NCBI GenBank assembly: GCA_044226625.1
Contig: JBGAGQ010000016.1
Location: 35,804 to 99,803 of the forward strand
Length of the DNA stretch: 64,000 nt
Source of the DNA: Thermoanaerobaculia bacterium
Lineage (GTDB): Bacteria > Acidobacteriota > Thermoanaerobaculia > Multivoradales > UBA5704
Reading direction: 5' to 3'
This document shows, piece after piece, positions 51,686-61,498 of this stretch. Under the pieces are notes generated by a model, which was not told the DNA's origin, ran no database searches, and saw nothing but the letters and a program-made list of their open reading frames with translations. The position numbers and the translations under genes are program-made. How positions within the stretch are numbered: position 1 is the stretch's first letter; each line of letters starts with the position of its first letter.

Positions 51686-54406
51686 ATGGCGCCGAGCTCC
51701 CCGGACGGACTCGATTTCGATGGCCGGTATTTCGAGGCCCTCTTCGCCCGGGAAGACCCGTGGGGTTACGGCTCCGACTACGAACAGGTCAAATACGAGC
51801 AGACGCTCGCCCTGCTCGGCGAACGACGCTTCGGAAGCGCCTTGGAGATCGGCTGCGCCGAAGGGCGTTTCACCGAGCGCCTGATCGGACACGCCGACCG
51901 AATCCTCGCGATCGACGTCTCGCCTACGGCGTTGGAGCGAGCCGAGGCGCGGCTCGCGGGGAAGCCCGGTGCCGAAGCCGTTCGCTTCGCCCGCCACGAC
52001 CTTTTCGGCGAGGAGCTGCCGGGCCGGTTCGACCTGATCCTCTGCAGCGAGCTGCTCGGCTACCTCACCCGGCGCCAGGACGTCGAGCGGGTTCTCGCGC
52101 GGGTGCTGCGTGCCCTCGAGCCCGACGGGCTGCTGGTCATGGCGAACGCCCGCGCGGTCACCGACGAGCCCGACCGGCGGGGCTTCGACTGGAACCTCCC
52201 GTTCGGTGCGCGAACGATCGCGGAGGTGACGATCGCTCTCGGCGCAAATCTCCACGAGGAGCTCGCCGCGCCGCTCTACGCCGTCCAGTCGTTCTCCCTT
52301 CGGGAACAGCCGGACGGTCCGCGCACGCGGAGCGTCGCGATGGGCGCGATTCCGGCCGAGCTGGCCGTCGCGGCCCGCGGCCTGCCGCCGCGCTCCCCCC
52401 GGCCGCGCGGCACCTCGATCCCTGTCCTGGCCTATCACCGCATCGCGACCTCGGGTCCGGCGGCGCTCGCTCCCTACCGGATTGCGCCCGACGCGTTCGC
52501 CGAGCAGATGGCGTTCCTCGGTGAGAAAGGCTATACGGCCCTGTCGCTCGCGCAGTTTCGCAACGCGCACGTTCGGGGGCTTTCCGTGCCGGATCGCTCG
52601 GTGCTCCTCACTTTCGATGACGCATACGCCGACTTCGCCGAGCGCGCGCTGCCGGTGCTCGAAAAGAACGGCTTTCCGGCCACGCTGTTCGTGGTCGTCG
52701 ATCGAGTCGGAGGTCGAGCCGACTGGGACGCCGCATACGGCGCGCCCGCTCCGCTCCTCGATTGGGAAGACCTTCGCGAGGTCGCGCGCCGGAATGTCGC
52801 GATTGGCTCGCACACCCGGACGCATCCTCACCTTCCCGAGATCCCCGCCGAGCACGCCATCGCCGAGCTCGCCCGGTCGCGCGCACGCATCCAAGAGGAG
52901 CTCGGCCGCCCGGTCACCGCGCTCGCCTATCCGTTTGGCGAGTCGAGCCCGCTGGTCGCCACCTGGGCCGCGAGCTGCGGCTACGAGTTGGCGTTCACCT
53001 GCCGCGACGACCGCTGCGCGTGGAGCGACGACCGCATGCTCCTGCCGCGGATCCTCGTCTACCCCCAGGCCGACGTGACGTCGTTCGCCGCCCAACTGGT
53101 GGAGATCAGTAGCTCAGGAAGCCCGGTCCGCTCGCCAAACAGCGCCGCGGACGGCCGCAAGGCGGCGAAGGCGCCACACCGCCCATCGGAAGCCCCCGGC
53201 GTCCCTTTTCTTTCGGTCGTGATCCCCACCCGCGACCGCCGCGAGCTCGTGGACGCGCTGCTCCAGTCGCTCGCGGCGAACGACCTCGCCCGCGACCGCT
53301 ACGAGGTCCTGGTCGTCTCCGACGGCTCGCGCGACGGGACGGACCGCCATCTCGAAGACCACTGGGGCGACCGAATCACCCTCCTCCGCCAGGAGTCGTC
53401 CGGCGCCGCGGCGGCGCGCAACCACGGGATCCGGCACGCCCGCGGCGAGGTAATCCTCCTCCTCGACGACGACGTGCTGGTCGACTCCGATGCTCTCGAG
53501 GCGCACCTAACCTTTCACCGCGAATGGCCCGAGGACCACCACGCCTGTCTGGGCTTCATGGCCTGGCCCGCCGCGTCGGCGGACGAGCCGTTCGTGCGCT
53601 ACCTCGCCGAAAGCGACGAGTACCTCGACTGGCGTTGGGTTCGTCAGCGGCCGGCGGACGACGTGGGCTGGCGGGCCTTCTGGACCGGCCACCTCTCGTT
53701 GAAACGCGCCTTCCTCAAACGGTACGGCCTGTTCGACGCCGAACGCTTTCGGGGCCTCCTGGGAGAGGATCTCGAGTTGGGCGAGCGGTTGGAACGAGCG
53801 GGCCTGAAGCTCCATTTTCGCGACTCGATCACCGCCTGGCACCAGAAGGCTCCGTCGTTCTCCGAGTTCGCCCGGCGACACCTGCGCCGCGCACGATCTC
53901 GGGCATGCTTTGACGAGCGCGAGTCGGAGGGGATCTCGCCGTGCGACGCGGCGGGCCTCGCGAGCGAGCGAGGGCTCGACCAAATCGTCCGCGAGGTCGA
54001 GGCAGGACTGACCTCGAGGGGATCGATCGAATCCGACGAGCTGCACCGGAGGGCTGCCGCATACCGCGAAGCACTCCGGTTCGCGGATGCGGCCGGACGA
54101 GCGCCCGCCGACCCGCCCGAGGCCGAGGCGGTCAACGCAACGTTCGCCCTGCTCCAATCGCTCGCGACGTTGAGGGCCTACATGGAGCGGGAGCTGGCCG
54201 CGAAGTCGGCGCAGCTCGCCGAGTCGACCGCAGCCTACTTCGACCTGCAACGGGAGCTGCGGCAGACGCAGGAGGCGCTGCTCGGCGCGCAGGCCGCGCT
54301 CGAAGACGCCGGACGGCGCGCGCGAAATCAGGAGCGCGAGCTCGCGGAATGGGATCGGCGCGCTCGCACCGCGGCCGATCCGCCGCGGAGGCCCCGGCCC
54401 CGATGA
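51686..54406 (+). CDS. Fusion of NodS-like methyltransferase, polysaccharide deacetylase, GT2 and coiled coil
   Basis: EDPWGY..YEQVKY, LEIGCAEG; VLAYH, LTFDDAY, GSHTRTHP, AYPFG; VVIPTRDR, LDDD, GED.ELG; heptad-rich C-terminus. Confidence 0.88.
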   Translation: MAPSSPDGLDFDGRYFEALFAREDPWGYGSDYEQVKYEQTLALLGERRFGSALEIGCAEGRFTERLIGHADRILAIDVSPTALERAEARLAGKPGAEAVRFARHDLFGEELPGRFDLILCSELLGYLTRRQDVERVLARVLRALEPDGLLVMANARAVTDEPDRRGFDWNLPFGARTIAEVTIALGANLHEELAAPLYAVQSFSLREQPDGPRTRSVAMGAIPAELAVAARGLPPRSPRPRGTSIPVLAYHRIATSGPAALAPYRIAPDAFAEQMAFLGEKGYTALSLAQFRNAHVRGLSVPDRSVLLTFDDAYADFAERALPVLEKNGFPATLFVVVDRVGGRADWDAAYGAPAPLLDWEDLREVARRNVAIGSHTRTHPHLPEIPAEHAIAELARSRARIQEELGRPVTALAYPFGESSPLVATWAASCGYELAFTCRDDRCAWSDDRMLLPRILVYPQADVTSFAAQLVEISSSGSPVRSPNSAADGRKAAKAPHRPSEAPGVPFLSVVIPTRDRRELVDALLQSLAANDLARDRYEVLVVSDGSRDGTDRHLEDHWGDRITLLRQESSGAAAARNHGIRHARGEVILLLDDDVLVDSDALEAHLTFHREWPEDHHACLGFMAWPAASADEPFVRYLAESDEYLDWRWVRQRPADDVGWRAFWTGHLSLKRAFLKRYGLFDAERFRGLLGEDLELGERLERAGLKLHFRDSITAWHQKAPSFSEFARRHLRRARSRACFDERESEGISPCDAAGLASERGLDQIVREVEAGLTSRGSIESDELHRRAAAYREALRFADAAGRAPADPPEAEAVNATFALLQSLATLRAYMERELAAKSAQLAESTAAYFDLQRELRQTQEALLGAQAALEDAGRRARNQERELAEWDRRARTAADPPRRPRPR

Positions 54407-57225
54407 GCGATCGCGGACCGGTCCCCCTCTGCACCATCGCCTCGAACAACTACCTCGCCAAAGCGCGGGTGCTGGTCGAGAGCTACCTCGCGGAGCACCC
54501 CGGGGCCGACGCCTACGTCTGCGTGGTCGACGAGCCGGTGCATCCGGCCGCCGCGAAGATTCCGGCCCATGTCGTCGCCGCGGCCGATCTGGGCATCCCC
54601 GGCTTCGCCAACATGGCTTTCCGCTACGACGCGATCGAGCTGAACACGGCGGTCAAGCCGTACTTCCTCGAGTACCTGCGGGATCGGCACGGGTGCTCCC
54701 GGGCCTTCTTCCTCGATCCCGACGTGGTGGTGTTCGACGCGCTCACGGATCTCGCCCGCGCGCTCGACGAGCATCCGATCGTTCTCACGCCGCACATCTC
54801 GCAGCCGCTCGACGAAGGCTTCCGTGCGGGCGAGCGGCAATTCCTGCGCTGCGGCGTCTACAACCTAGGGTTCCTCGGCATCCGCCTCGATGAGCGCACG
54901 CGCGGGTTCCTCACGTGGTGGGGGCGACGTCTCGACCGCTACTGCGTCGACGATCAACCGAGCGGCCTGTTCGTCGACCAGATCTGGGCGAGCTTCGCCT
55001 CCTGCTTCGTCGACGGCGTGCACGTCGCGCGCGATCCGATCTACAACATCAGCTGGTGGAACCTGTCGCAACGCACGCTCGAGGCGCGAGACGGCCGCCC
55101 GGCCATCGACGGCCGGCGGGTCGGCTTCCTCCACTTCAGCGGCTTCGCCGTCGGGTCCGACGATCGCATCACGAAGCACCGGATGGACCTGAGGCTCTCC
55201 GATCGCGAGGACCTGCGCCCCTGGTATCTCGACTACAACCGCCGGACGCTCGCCGCGGGCGACGAGGCGCTCCGCAAGGTCCCCTACGGCTATGCCACGT
55301 TCCGCGGAACGGGGGCGCCGGTGCTCCCCGCGTTCCGCAGGCTGCTCCATCGGCTCGATCCGGCGGGAGTGCGCTGGCCCGACCCTCTCGATTTCGCGGC
55401 GCCCGAGGGTTTCGCGAGCTGGCTCGCCGAACCGCTCGCGTTTCCTGAAGGCACGCTCAACCGGGCGGCACTCGCGCTGTGGGAGCACCGCACCGATCTG
55501 GTCCAGGCGTTTCCGCGGGTGTGCGACGAGGATCTGCCCCGCTATGTCGACTGGCTGGTCCGCTACGGCGAAGGGGCCAAAGAAGGGCTCGACCCGGCGT
55601 TCCTGCGCCCGCTCGAAGCCGGCCCTAGAAAGGAGCGGTTCCTCGTCGGGCGCTTCGAAAGCACGGTGGCACCCCACGCCGCCGACGCCCACCTTTCGCA
55701 CCACGCCCTGCTCGAGACGATCGACCTTGCCGCGCCGGGATCTCTCGCGCGCTGGTTGAACGAGCCCGCCGACGCGAGCGCGCGAACGCCCGTCGTCTCC
55801 CACCTCGCGATGGTGATCCATGCCGCGCGCGGCGACCTTCAGAGGGCCTTTCCCGAACCGCTCGAAGAAGACCGCCAGGCTTTCGCGGAGTGGTTCGCCG
55901 TCCAGGCGCCGCGCGAGTACGCGCTCAGCCCCGATCTCCAGACGCGCCACGGCAAGGCGCCGCCGCTCGAACGCGCGAAGGCCGCGCTCCGGGCCGGGCG
56001 CGCTCGTTGGTCGACCGGTTGGGCGACAGCCCGCCGCCGTCTCGGAGGAACAGGCGCGGAGAGGTCCGCTCTCCCACCTCCAACCGCAGGACCGGCGGGC
56101 CTCAACGTGGCCGGTTACCTCGACGCCCCGAGCGGTGTGGGCGAGCTCGCGCGGGCGTCGCTCGAGCTGCTTGCCGCGCTGGACGTGCCGTTCGCCCGCG
56201 TGCCGCTCGACCAGGACTACGCGGAAAACGTGATCGGCACCCGGATCTTCCATCCCGAGGGGAGCCCGTATTCCCTTTCCCTCGTGCACGCGAACGCAGC
56301 GGACATGCCGGCGGTCCTTGCGACTCTCCCGCAGGCGTTCGTCCAAGGGGGTTACAAGATCGCCTGCTGGGCCTGGGAGATCTCGCACTTTCCCCTCGGC
56401 TGGGCCGACCGCTTCCGCGGCCTCGACGAAATCTGGGCACATTCGCGGTTCTCTCGACAGGCGTTCGAGACCCTGAGCACGGTGCCTGTCCGCTGGGTCG
56501 CGCCGTACGTCCGGGAGCGCCCCGGCAAGGCCGATCGCGGACGGTTCGGCTTGGATGCCAGGCGCTTCTATTTCTTCGCCGCCGCCGATTTCACGAGCGT
56601 GCCTCGGCGGAAGAACGCCCTCGGCGCGGTCGAGGCGTTCGCCCGGCTGATCGCGAAGACCCGGCGCGAGATCGGCCTGGTGGTCAAGATCCAGAACGCG
56701 ACGAGCGATCCCGAAGCGTTCGCCGAGCTGCGCCGGGCGGCGCGCGGGCTCCCGGTCGTCCTGCACACGGGGACGCTTTCGAGTCGCCACGTCGGCGACC
56801 TGCTCGCGAGCTGCGACGCCGTGATCTCCCTCCATCGGTCGGAGGGGCTGGGGCTCGTGCCGATCGAAGCGCTCTACCGCCGAATGCCGGTGGTGGCGAC
56901 CAACTACGGCGGAGTCACCGACTACCTCGACGAGCAGACCGGCTTTCCGGTCGAATGCTCGCTCGTCCGGCTGGAGCGGGAGGAAGGGCCCTACCCGCGC
57001 GGCGCGGTCTGGGCCGAGCCTTCGCTCGAGAGCGCCGTCGAGCAGATGAAGCGGCTGCTCGACGATCCCGCGGAGGCCGCCGCGCGAGCCGCCCGGGGCT
57101 CTCGGCGGGCGTTGGAGATCTACGGCCGGGAGGCGGCCAAGGAGCGCTGGCGGATCGAGCTCGATCGAGCGGCTCAATGCGCAGGATTACGGACCGGTCT
57201 CCGGGACGCGGGCGCTTCGCGGTAA
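54403..57225 (+). CDS. Two-domain glycosyltransferase (N-terminal GT-A-like, C-terminal GT4)
   Basis: ATGA-coupled; ELNTAVKP, FLDPD, GVYNLGF, FVDQ.W, FLHFSG; WAWE, RKN, SLHRSEGLG, ATNYGG. Confidence 0.85.
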   Translation: MSDRGPVPLCTIASNNYLAKARVLVESYLAEHPGADAYVCVVDEPVHPAAAKIPAHVVAAADLGIPGFANMAFRYDAIELNTAVKPYFLEYLRDRHGCSRAFFLDPDVVVFDALTDLARALDEHPIVLTPHISQPLDEGFRAGERQFLRCGVYNLGFLGIRLDERTRGFLTWWGRRLDRYCVDDQPSGLFVDQIWASFASCFVDGVHVARDPIYNISWWNLSQRTLEARDGRPAIDGRRVGFLHFSGFAVGSDDRITKHRMDLRLSDREDLRPWYLDYNRRTLAAGDEALRKVPYGYATFRGTGAPVLPAFRRLLHRLDPAGVRWPDPLDFAAPEGFASWLAEPLAFPEGTLNRAALALWEHRTDLVQAFPRVCDEDLPRYVDWLVRYGEGAKEGLDPAFLRPLEAGPRKERFLVGRFESTVAPHAADAHLSHHALLETIDLAAPGSLARWLNEPADASARTPVVSHLAMVIHAARGDLQRAFPEPLEEDRQAFAEWFAVQAPREYALSPDLQTRHGKAPPLERAKAALRAGRARWSTGWATARRRLGGTGAERSALPPPTAGPAGLNVAGYLDAPSGVGELARASLELLAALDVPFARVPLDQDYAENVIGTRIFHPEGSPYSLSLVHANAADMPAVLATLPQAFVQGGYKIACWAWEISHFPLGWADRFRGLDEIWAHSRFSRQAFETLSTVPVRWVAPYVRERPGKADRGRFGLDARRFYFFAAADFTSVPRRKNALGAVEAFARLIAKTRREIGLVVKIQNATSDPEAFAELRRAARGLPVVLHTGTLSSRHVGDLLASCDAVISLHRSEGLGLVPIEALYRRMPVVATNYGGVTDYLDEQTGFPVECSLVRLEREEGPYPRGAVWAEPSLESAVEQMKRLLDDPAEAAARAARGSRRALEIYGREAAKERWRIELDRAAQCAGLRTGLRDAGASR

Positions 57226-57236
57226 AGTCCGCCGCC

Positions 57237-58712
57237 ATGGATACGAACGGCCACTCCGCCCGCGAACGGCTTCAGTCGATCGCCCACCGGGTCATGCTCG
57301 AACGGGGGCTCGAGCCCGATTTTCCGGGCGAGGCGATGCGTCAGGTCAAGGACCTCCGCGGGCCCGCGAAAGCGGACGGCGACCGGGTACGCGATCTCAC
57401 CGAGAGGCTCTGGTGCTCGATCGACAACGACGACTCGCGCGACCTCGATCAGCTCACGGTGGCCGAACGGCTCGAAGGGGGCAAGACCCGCCTTTACGTC
57501 GCGATCGCGGATGTCGACGCCCTGGTGCCCGCCGGCAGCCCGGTCGACGATCACGCGAAGGCGAACACCACCTCGGTCTACACCGCGGCGCGCATCTTCC
57601 CAATGCTGCCCGAGCGTTTGTCGACCGACCTCACCTCGCTCAACGAGCACGAGGAGCGCCTGGCGATCGTGGTCGAGATCGACCTCGATGCGAACGGCGA
57701 GATCTGCGGCTCCGACCTGTATCGCGCCCGGGTCCTCAACCGCGCCAAGCTCGCTTACAACTCGGTCGCGGCCTGGCTTGAGGGCGCCGGCCCGCTGCCG
57801 GAGGCCGCCGCGGCGGTCGAAGGCCTCGCCGAGAACCTGAAGCTCCAGGAGGCGGCGACCGAAAAGCTGCGCAAACTGCGCGCGCGTAGCGGCGCCCTTT
57901 CGCTCGAGTCGATCGAGGCGAAGCCGGTGTTCGAGAACGATCGCCTGCGCGACCTCGAAGCGCAGGAGAAGAACCGCGCCAAAGAGCTGATTGAGGATTG
58001 CATGATCGCGGCGAACGGCGCCACCGCGCGGTTCCTCGACGCCAAGGGGTACGCGTCGCTTCGGCGCGTGGTGCGGGTGCCGAAGCGCTGGAGCCGTATC
58101 GTCGATCTCGCGCGGGAATTCCACGTCCATCTTCCGGACGAGCCCGACCACCTCGCGCTCGCCAAGTTCCTCGACGAGCGGCGGGTCGCCGATCCCGAGG
58201 GTTTTCCCGAGATCTCGCTTTCGGTGGTGAAGCTCCTCGGGTCCGGAGAGTACGCGGTCGACCTACCCGGGCAAGATCCCCCGGGACACTTCGGCCTCGC
58301 GGTCCGCGATTACGCGCACTCGACCGCGCCGAATCGGCGCTTCCCCGACCTGATCACCCAGCGGCTGCTCAAAGCCGCGTTCGCGGGCGCCCCCGCCCCC
58401 TACTCCGTGCCCGAGCTCGAAGCGCTCGCCCATCAATGCACGGTGAAAGAAGACGACGCGGCGAAGGTCGAGCGGCAGGTCAGGAAATCGGCGGCGGCCC
58501 TGCTGCTCTCCGACCGAATCGGCCAAACATTCGACGCGATCGTCACCGGCGCTTCGGAGAAAGGCACCTGGGTGCGCATCTTCCGCCCCGCCGTCGAGGG
58601 ACGCCTCGAGCGGGGAGCCGCGGGGCTCGACGTGGGCGACCGGCTGCGCGTCCGCCTGCTCGAAACGGACGTCGAGCGAGGCTTCATCGACTTCGCGCGA
58701 AGCGACCGCTGA
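57237..58712 (+). CDS. RNB-domain exoribonuclease (RNase II/R family)
   Basis: SIDNDDSRDLDQ, IEDCMIAAN, HFGLA..YAHSTAPNRRFPDL, C-terminal S1-like domain. Confidence 0.92.
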   Translation: MDTNGHSARERLQSIAHRVMLERGLEPDFPGEAMRQVKDLRGPAKADGDRVRDLTERLWCSIDNDDSRDLDQLTVAERLEGGKTRLYVAIADVDALVPAGSPVDDHAKANTTSVYTAARIFPMLPERLSTDLTSLNEHEERLAIVVEIDLDANGEICGSDLYRARVLNRAKLAYNSVAAWLEGAGPLPEAAAAVEGLAENLKLQEAATEKLRKLRARSGALSLESIEAKPVFENDRLRDLEAQEKNRAKELIEDCMIAANGATARFLDAKGYASLRRVVRVPKRWSRIVDLAREFHVHLPDEPDHLALAKFLDERRVADPEGFPEISLSVVKLLGSGEYAVDLPGQDPPGHFGLAVRDYAHSTAPNRRFPDLITQRLLKAAFAGAPAPYSVPELEALAHQCTVKEDDAAKVERQVRKSAAALLLSDRIGQTFDAIVTGASEKGTWVRIFRPAVEGRLERGAAGLDVGDRLRVRLLETDVERGFIDFARSDR

Positions 58713-58741
58713 GAACCTTCAATTTGTGCGTTGTGCGGGAC

Positions 58742-58769
58742 GCCCCCTTCCGGGCTACCGGAAGGGGGC
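58742..58769. terminator. Hairpin between convergent genes
   Basis: GCCCCCTTCCGG-GCTA-CCGGAAGGGGGC, 12-bp perfect stem. Confidence 0.7.
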
Positions 58770-58785
58770 AAGAGAGCTGCGACGT

Positions 58786-59334
58786 CTAAGCCGCGCCGCG
58801 CGGCTTGCCCGGAGCCTTGACCGGGTAGCCGAGGGCGAGCAGCTGCTCGCAAAGGACCAACTGACAGCGACCGACGACTTTACGAATGCTCGACGGGCGA
58901 TAGTCGAGCTCGGCGGCCACTTCGCCGGGACGCATTCCCATGCCGTAGCGCAGACGCAGGAGATCGCGGCAGCGCGGCGACAACTGGTCGAGCGCGCGGC
59001 CGAGGTCACGACGCAGGGCGATCTTTTCCTGCGGCGGAGCCTGCGGCTCGGAGAGGAGATCGAGGATCGCCGCGTCGACCGACTCGGCGAGCTGGCGGCG
59101 CGCGCCGCGCCAATGCATCACGCAGCGCCATTTCAGGGTTCCGATCAGCCAGGCTTCGGGGCATTCCACCTCGTCCCAACGTTGGAGCAAGATGACCAAC
59201 GAATCCTGGATCAGATCTTCGGCGTCCTGGGCAGAGACTCGATAGCGCCTGAGCACCCGCTCGATCTTCGGGCGCAGCGCCGGAAGGAGGTCGGCAAACG
59301 ATTCCGCGAAGCGAGAACGCGCAAGCTGTGTCAT
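58786..59334 (-). CDS. ECF-type sigma-70 factor
   Basis: GAGGA RBS; region 2 DAEDLIQD..EAWL; region 4 LDQLSPRCRDLLRLRY..EVAAEL. Confidence 0.85.
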   Translation of the reverse strand: MTQLARSRFAESFADLLPALRPKIERVLRRYRVSAQDAEDLIQDSLVILLQRWDEVECPEAWLIGTLKWRCVMHWRGARRQLAESVDAAILDLLSEPQAPPQEKIALRRDLGRALDQLSPRCRDLLRLRYGMGMRPGEVAAELDYRPSSIRKVVGRCQLVLCEQLLALGYPVKAPGKPRGAA

Positions 59335-59679
59335 GCGAGGTCGGTTCCTCCGAGATGTCGGTTCGAGGCCTTGCGGCCCGGGAGGGAGCGCCACCGGCAG
59401 GTCGCCAACGTAAAGTACGATTGAAAAAACGACGACAAGAGAACGGACGTTCGTTCGCCCGTGTACCCGGGGAACGAGGGGTCTGCCAAGCCTGTCTTCA
59501 CGATGGAAGCCTTACTTTGCGGAGCGTACTCCAGGTGACCGGGAGGCGACAATCCAAGACCGGGCACCGATCTCGGTTGTCTGCCACTTCGCGGGGAGAC
59601 CCGAGCTTACGGCTCGAGATTCGATGCCCCGTCCTCGGATGCGGCCGTTGCCACAATCGAAGCAGGAACCAATGATGAC

Positions 59680-59707
59680 AGTCTACTCCAAATTTTTGGC
59701 GATTCAA
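59680..59707 (-). promoter_or_regulatory. Candidate sigma-70 promoter
   Basis: Minus strand TTGAAT-16 nt-TAGACT in an AT-rich patch, about 345 bp upstream of the ECF sigma start. Confidence 0.45.
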
Positions 59708-59777
59708 CCTGCCATTTTTTGTCCCTCCGGCCCCTCCTCGATCCTCCCCCACGATCCCTCCTGATATCCTGCCGGAC

Positions 59778-60962
59778 ATGCTTCGGCGCCTCACGTTCAC
59801 CACCGCCGGTGAGAGCCACGGACCGGGTCTCACGGCCATCCTCGGCGGCCTACCGGCGGGGTTGCCGGTCGACTTCGAAATGCTCGATCGCGAGCTCGCC
59901 CGTCGCCAGCACGGCTTCGGCCGCGGTCGGCGGATGGCGATCGAGCGAGACCGCGCGGAGATTCGCGGCGGGGTCCGCGGCGGCGAGACGATCGGCGCGC
60001 CGGTGGCGCTCTGGATCGAGAACCGCGATTGGGCGAACTGGCAGCAGGTGATGGGCGTGGCCGAGGTCGATCCCCACCGAGCGGAGCTCCGGCGCCTCAA
60101 AAACCCGCGCCCCGGCCACGTCGACCTCCCCGGCGGCCTCAAGTACGACCGGCGCGACCTGCGCGACGTGCTCGAGCGCGCCTCGGCCCGAGAGACGACC
60201 GCCCGCGTCGCCGCGGGCGCCTTCGCCAAGATGCTCCTGCGCGAGCTGGGCGTCGAGATCCGGAGCGGCGTCCGCTCGCTCGGACCGATCGGGATCGATC
60301 GCCCCGTGCCTACCTGGGAAGACCTGCTCGACGTCGACGAAACCTCTCCCCTGCGCGCGATCGACCGCGCGCTCGAGCCCGAGATGGTGCGGCTCGTCGA
60401 GCAGGCGAAAGAGGAGGGCGAGACACTCGGCGGCGCGGTCACCGTAATCGCCCGCGGCGTGCCGGTGGGCCTCGGCTCCTACGTGCAGTGGAGCGACAAG
60501 CTCGACGGACGCCTCGCCCAGGCGGTCCTCTCGGTCCACGCGATCAAGGCGGTCGAGATCGGCGCCGGAGTCGAAGCGAGCCGAGGCTGGGGCAGCCTCG
60601 CCCACGACGCGATCGGCCTCGCCGACGGGAGCTTCGTCCGCCCGACCAACCGTGCCGGCGGTCTCGAAGGGGGCGTCACGAACGGCGAGGACGTCGTGAT
60701 TACGGCCTACAAGAAGCCGATCGCCACCCTACGCAAGGGTCTGCCGTCGGTCGACCTCGACGCGATGGAAGGGGCTCCCTCCCAGTACGAGCGGAGCGAC
60801 GTCACCGCGCTGCCCGCGGCCGGCGTGATCGTTGAAGCGATGGTGGCGCTGGTGCTCGCCGACGCCTCGCTCGAAAAGTTGGGGGGCGACTCGCTCGCCG
60901 AGGTCCAGGCGCATCTCGAAGCGACGAGAGCGCTCCAAAAGCGTTGGCCGCGCAGAAGTTAA
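59778..60962 (+). CDS. aroC: Chorismate synthase
   Basis: TAGESHG, RPGHVD, ERASARETTARVAAG, NRAGGLEGGVTNG, ERSD. Confidence 0.97.
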   Translation: MLRRLTFTTAGESHGPGLTAILGGLPAGLPVDFEMLDRELARRQHGFGRGRRMAIERDRAEIRGGVRGGETIGAPVALWIENRDWANWQQVMGVAEVDPHRAELRRLKNPRPGHVDLPGGLKYDRRDLRDVLERASARETTARVAAGAFAKMLLRELGVEIRSGVRSLGPIGIDRPVPTWEDLLDVDETSPLRAIDRALEPEMVRLVEQAKEEGETLGGAVTVIARGVPVGLGSYVQWSDKLDGRLAQAVLSVHAIKAVEIGAGVEASRGWGSLAHDAIGLADGSFVRPTNRAGGLEGGVTNGEDVVITAYKKPIATLRKGLPSVDLDAMEGAPSQYERSDVTALPAAGVIVEAMVALVLADASLEKLGGDSLAEVQAHLEATRALQKRWPRRS

Positions 60963-61029
60963 CGGGGCCGACTATACTTGCGCGGCCGCTTCCTTTCCGG
61001 GGCGGTCGGGCGTTCGAAAGGAGACGGCC

Positions 61030-61410
61030 ATCGGCGCGAGAGTGTTCGTCGGCAACCTCAGCGACTACACCACCCAGGGCGACCTGACGGAGCTGTTCTC
61101 CCAGGTCGGCAACGTCATCGAAGTTTTCCTGCCCACGGATCGCGCCACGGGCCGGCCCCGAGGGTTCGCGTTCATCGAGCTCGGCGACGAGGAGCAAGCG
61201 GCGGCCGCGATCGAAAAGCTCGAAGGGCACGAGCTCGAAGGGCGCAAGATTCGGGTCACCGAAGCCGAAGATCGCCGGCCGAGCGCCGGGGGCTTCGGAG
61301 GAGGAGGCTTCGGCGGCGGCGGAGGCGGCTTCCGCCCCCCGGCGATGAAGAACCGTCCGAAACCCAAGGGGAGCCGCCGGAACCTCCGCGGCAAGAAGCG
61401 CAGTCTCTAG
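61030..61410 (+). CDS. RRM RNA-binding protein with Gly-rich/basic tail; apparent ATC start
   Basis: RNP2 VFVGNL, RNP1 RGFAFIEL; AAAGGAG 6 nt before ATC at 61030. Confidence 0.88.
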   Translation: MGARVFVGNLSDYTTQGDLTELFSQVGNVIEVFLPTDRATGRPRGFAFIELGDEEQAAAAIEKLEGHELEGRKIRVTEAEDRRPSAGGFGGGGFGGGGGGFRPPAMKNRPKPKGSRRNLRGKKRSL

Positions 61411-61498
61411 ACTAGCCCGAGCGTTCGAACAGGCCGGGGCGAGATTGCCCCGCGCGGCCCCGCACCGCCGCCCCGGCTTTCCCAAGGGTCTCCGCCGT

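Noticed and set aside
59400-59700. tRNA or known riboswitch in intergenic regions
   Set aside because: No cloverleaf, T-loop or riboswitch consensus could be recognised by eye here or elsewhere in the window.
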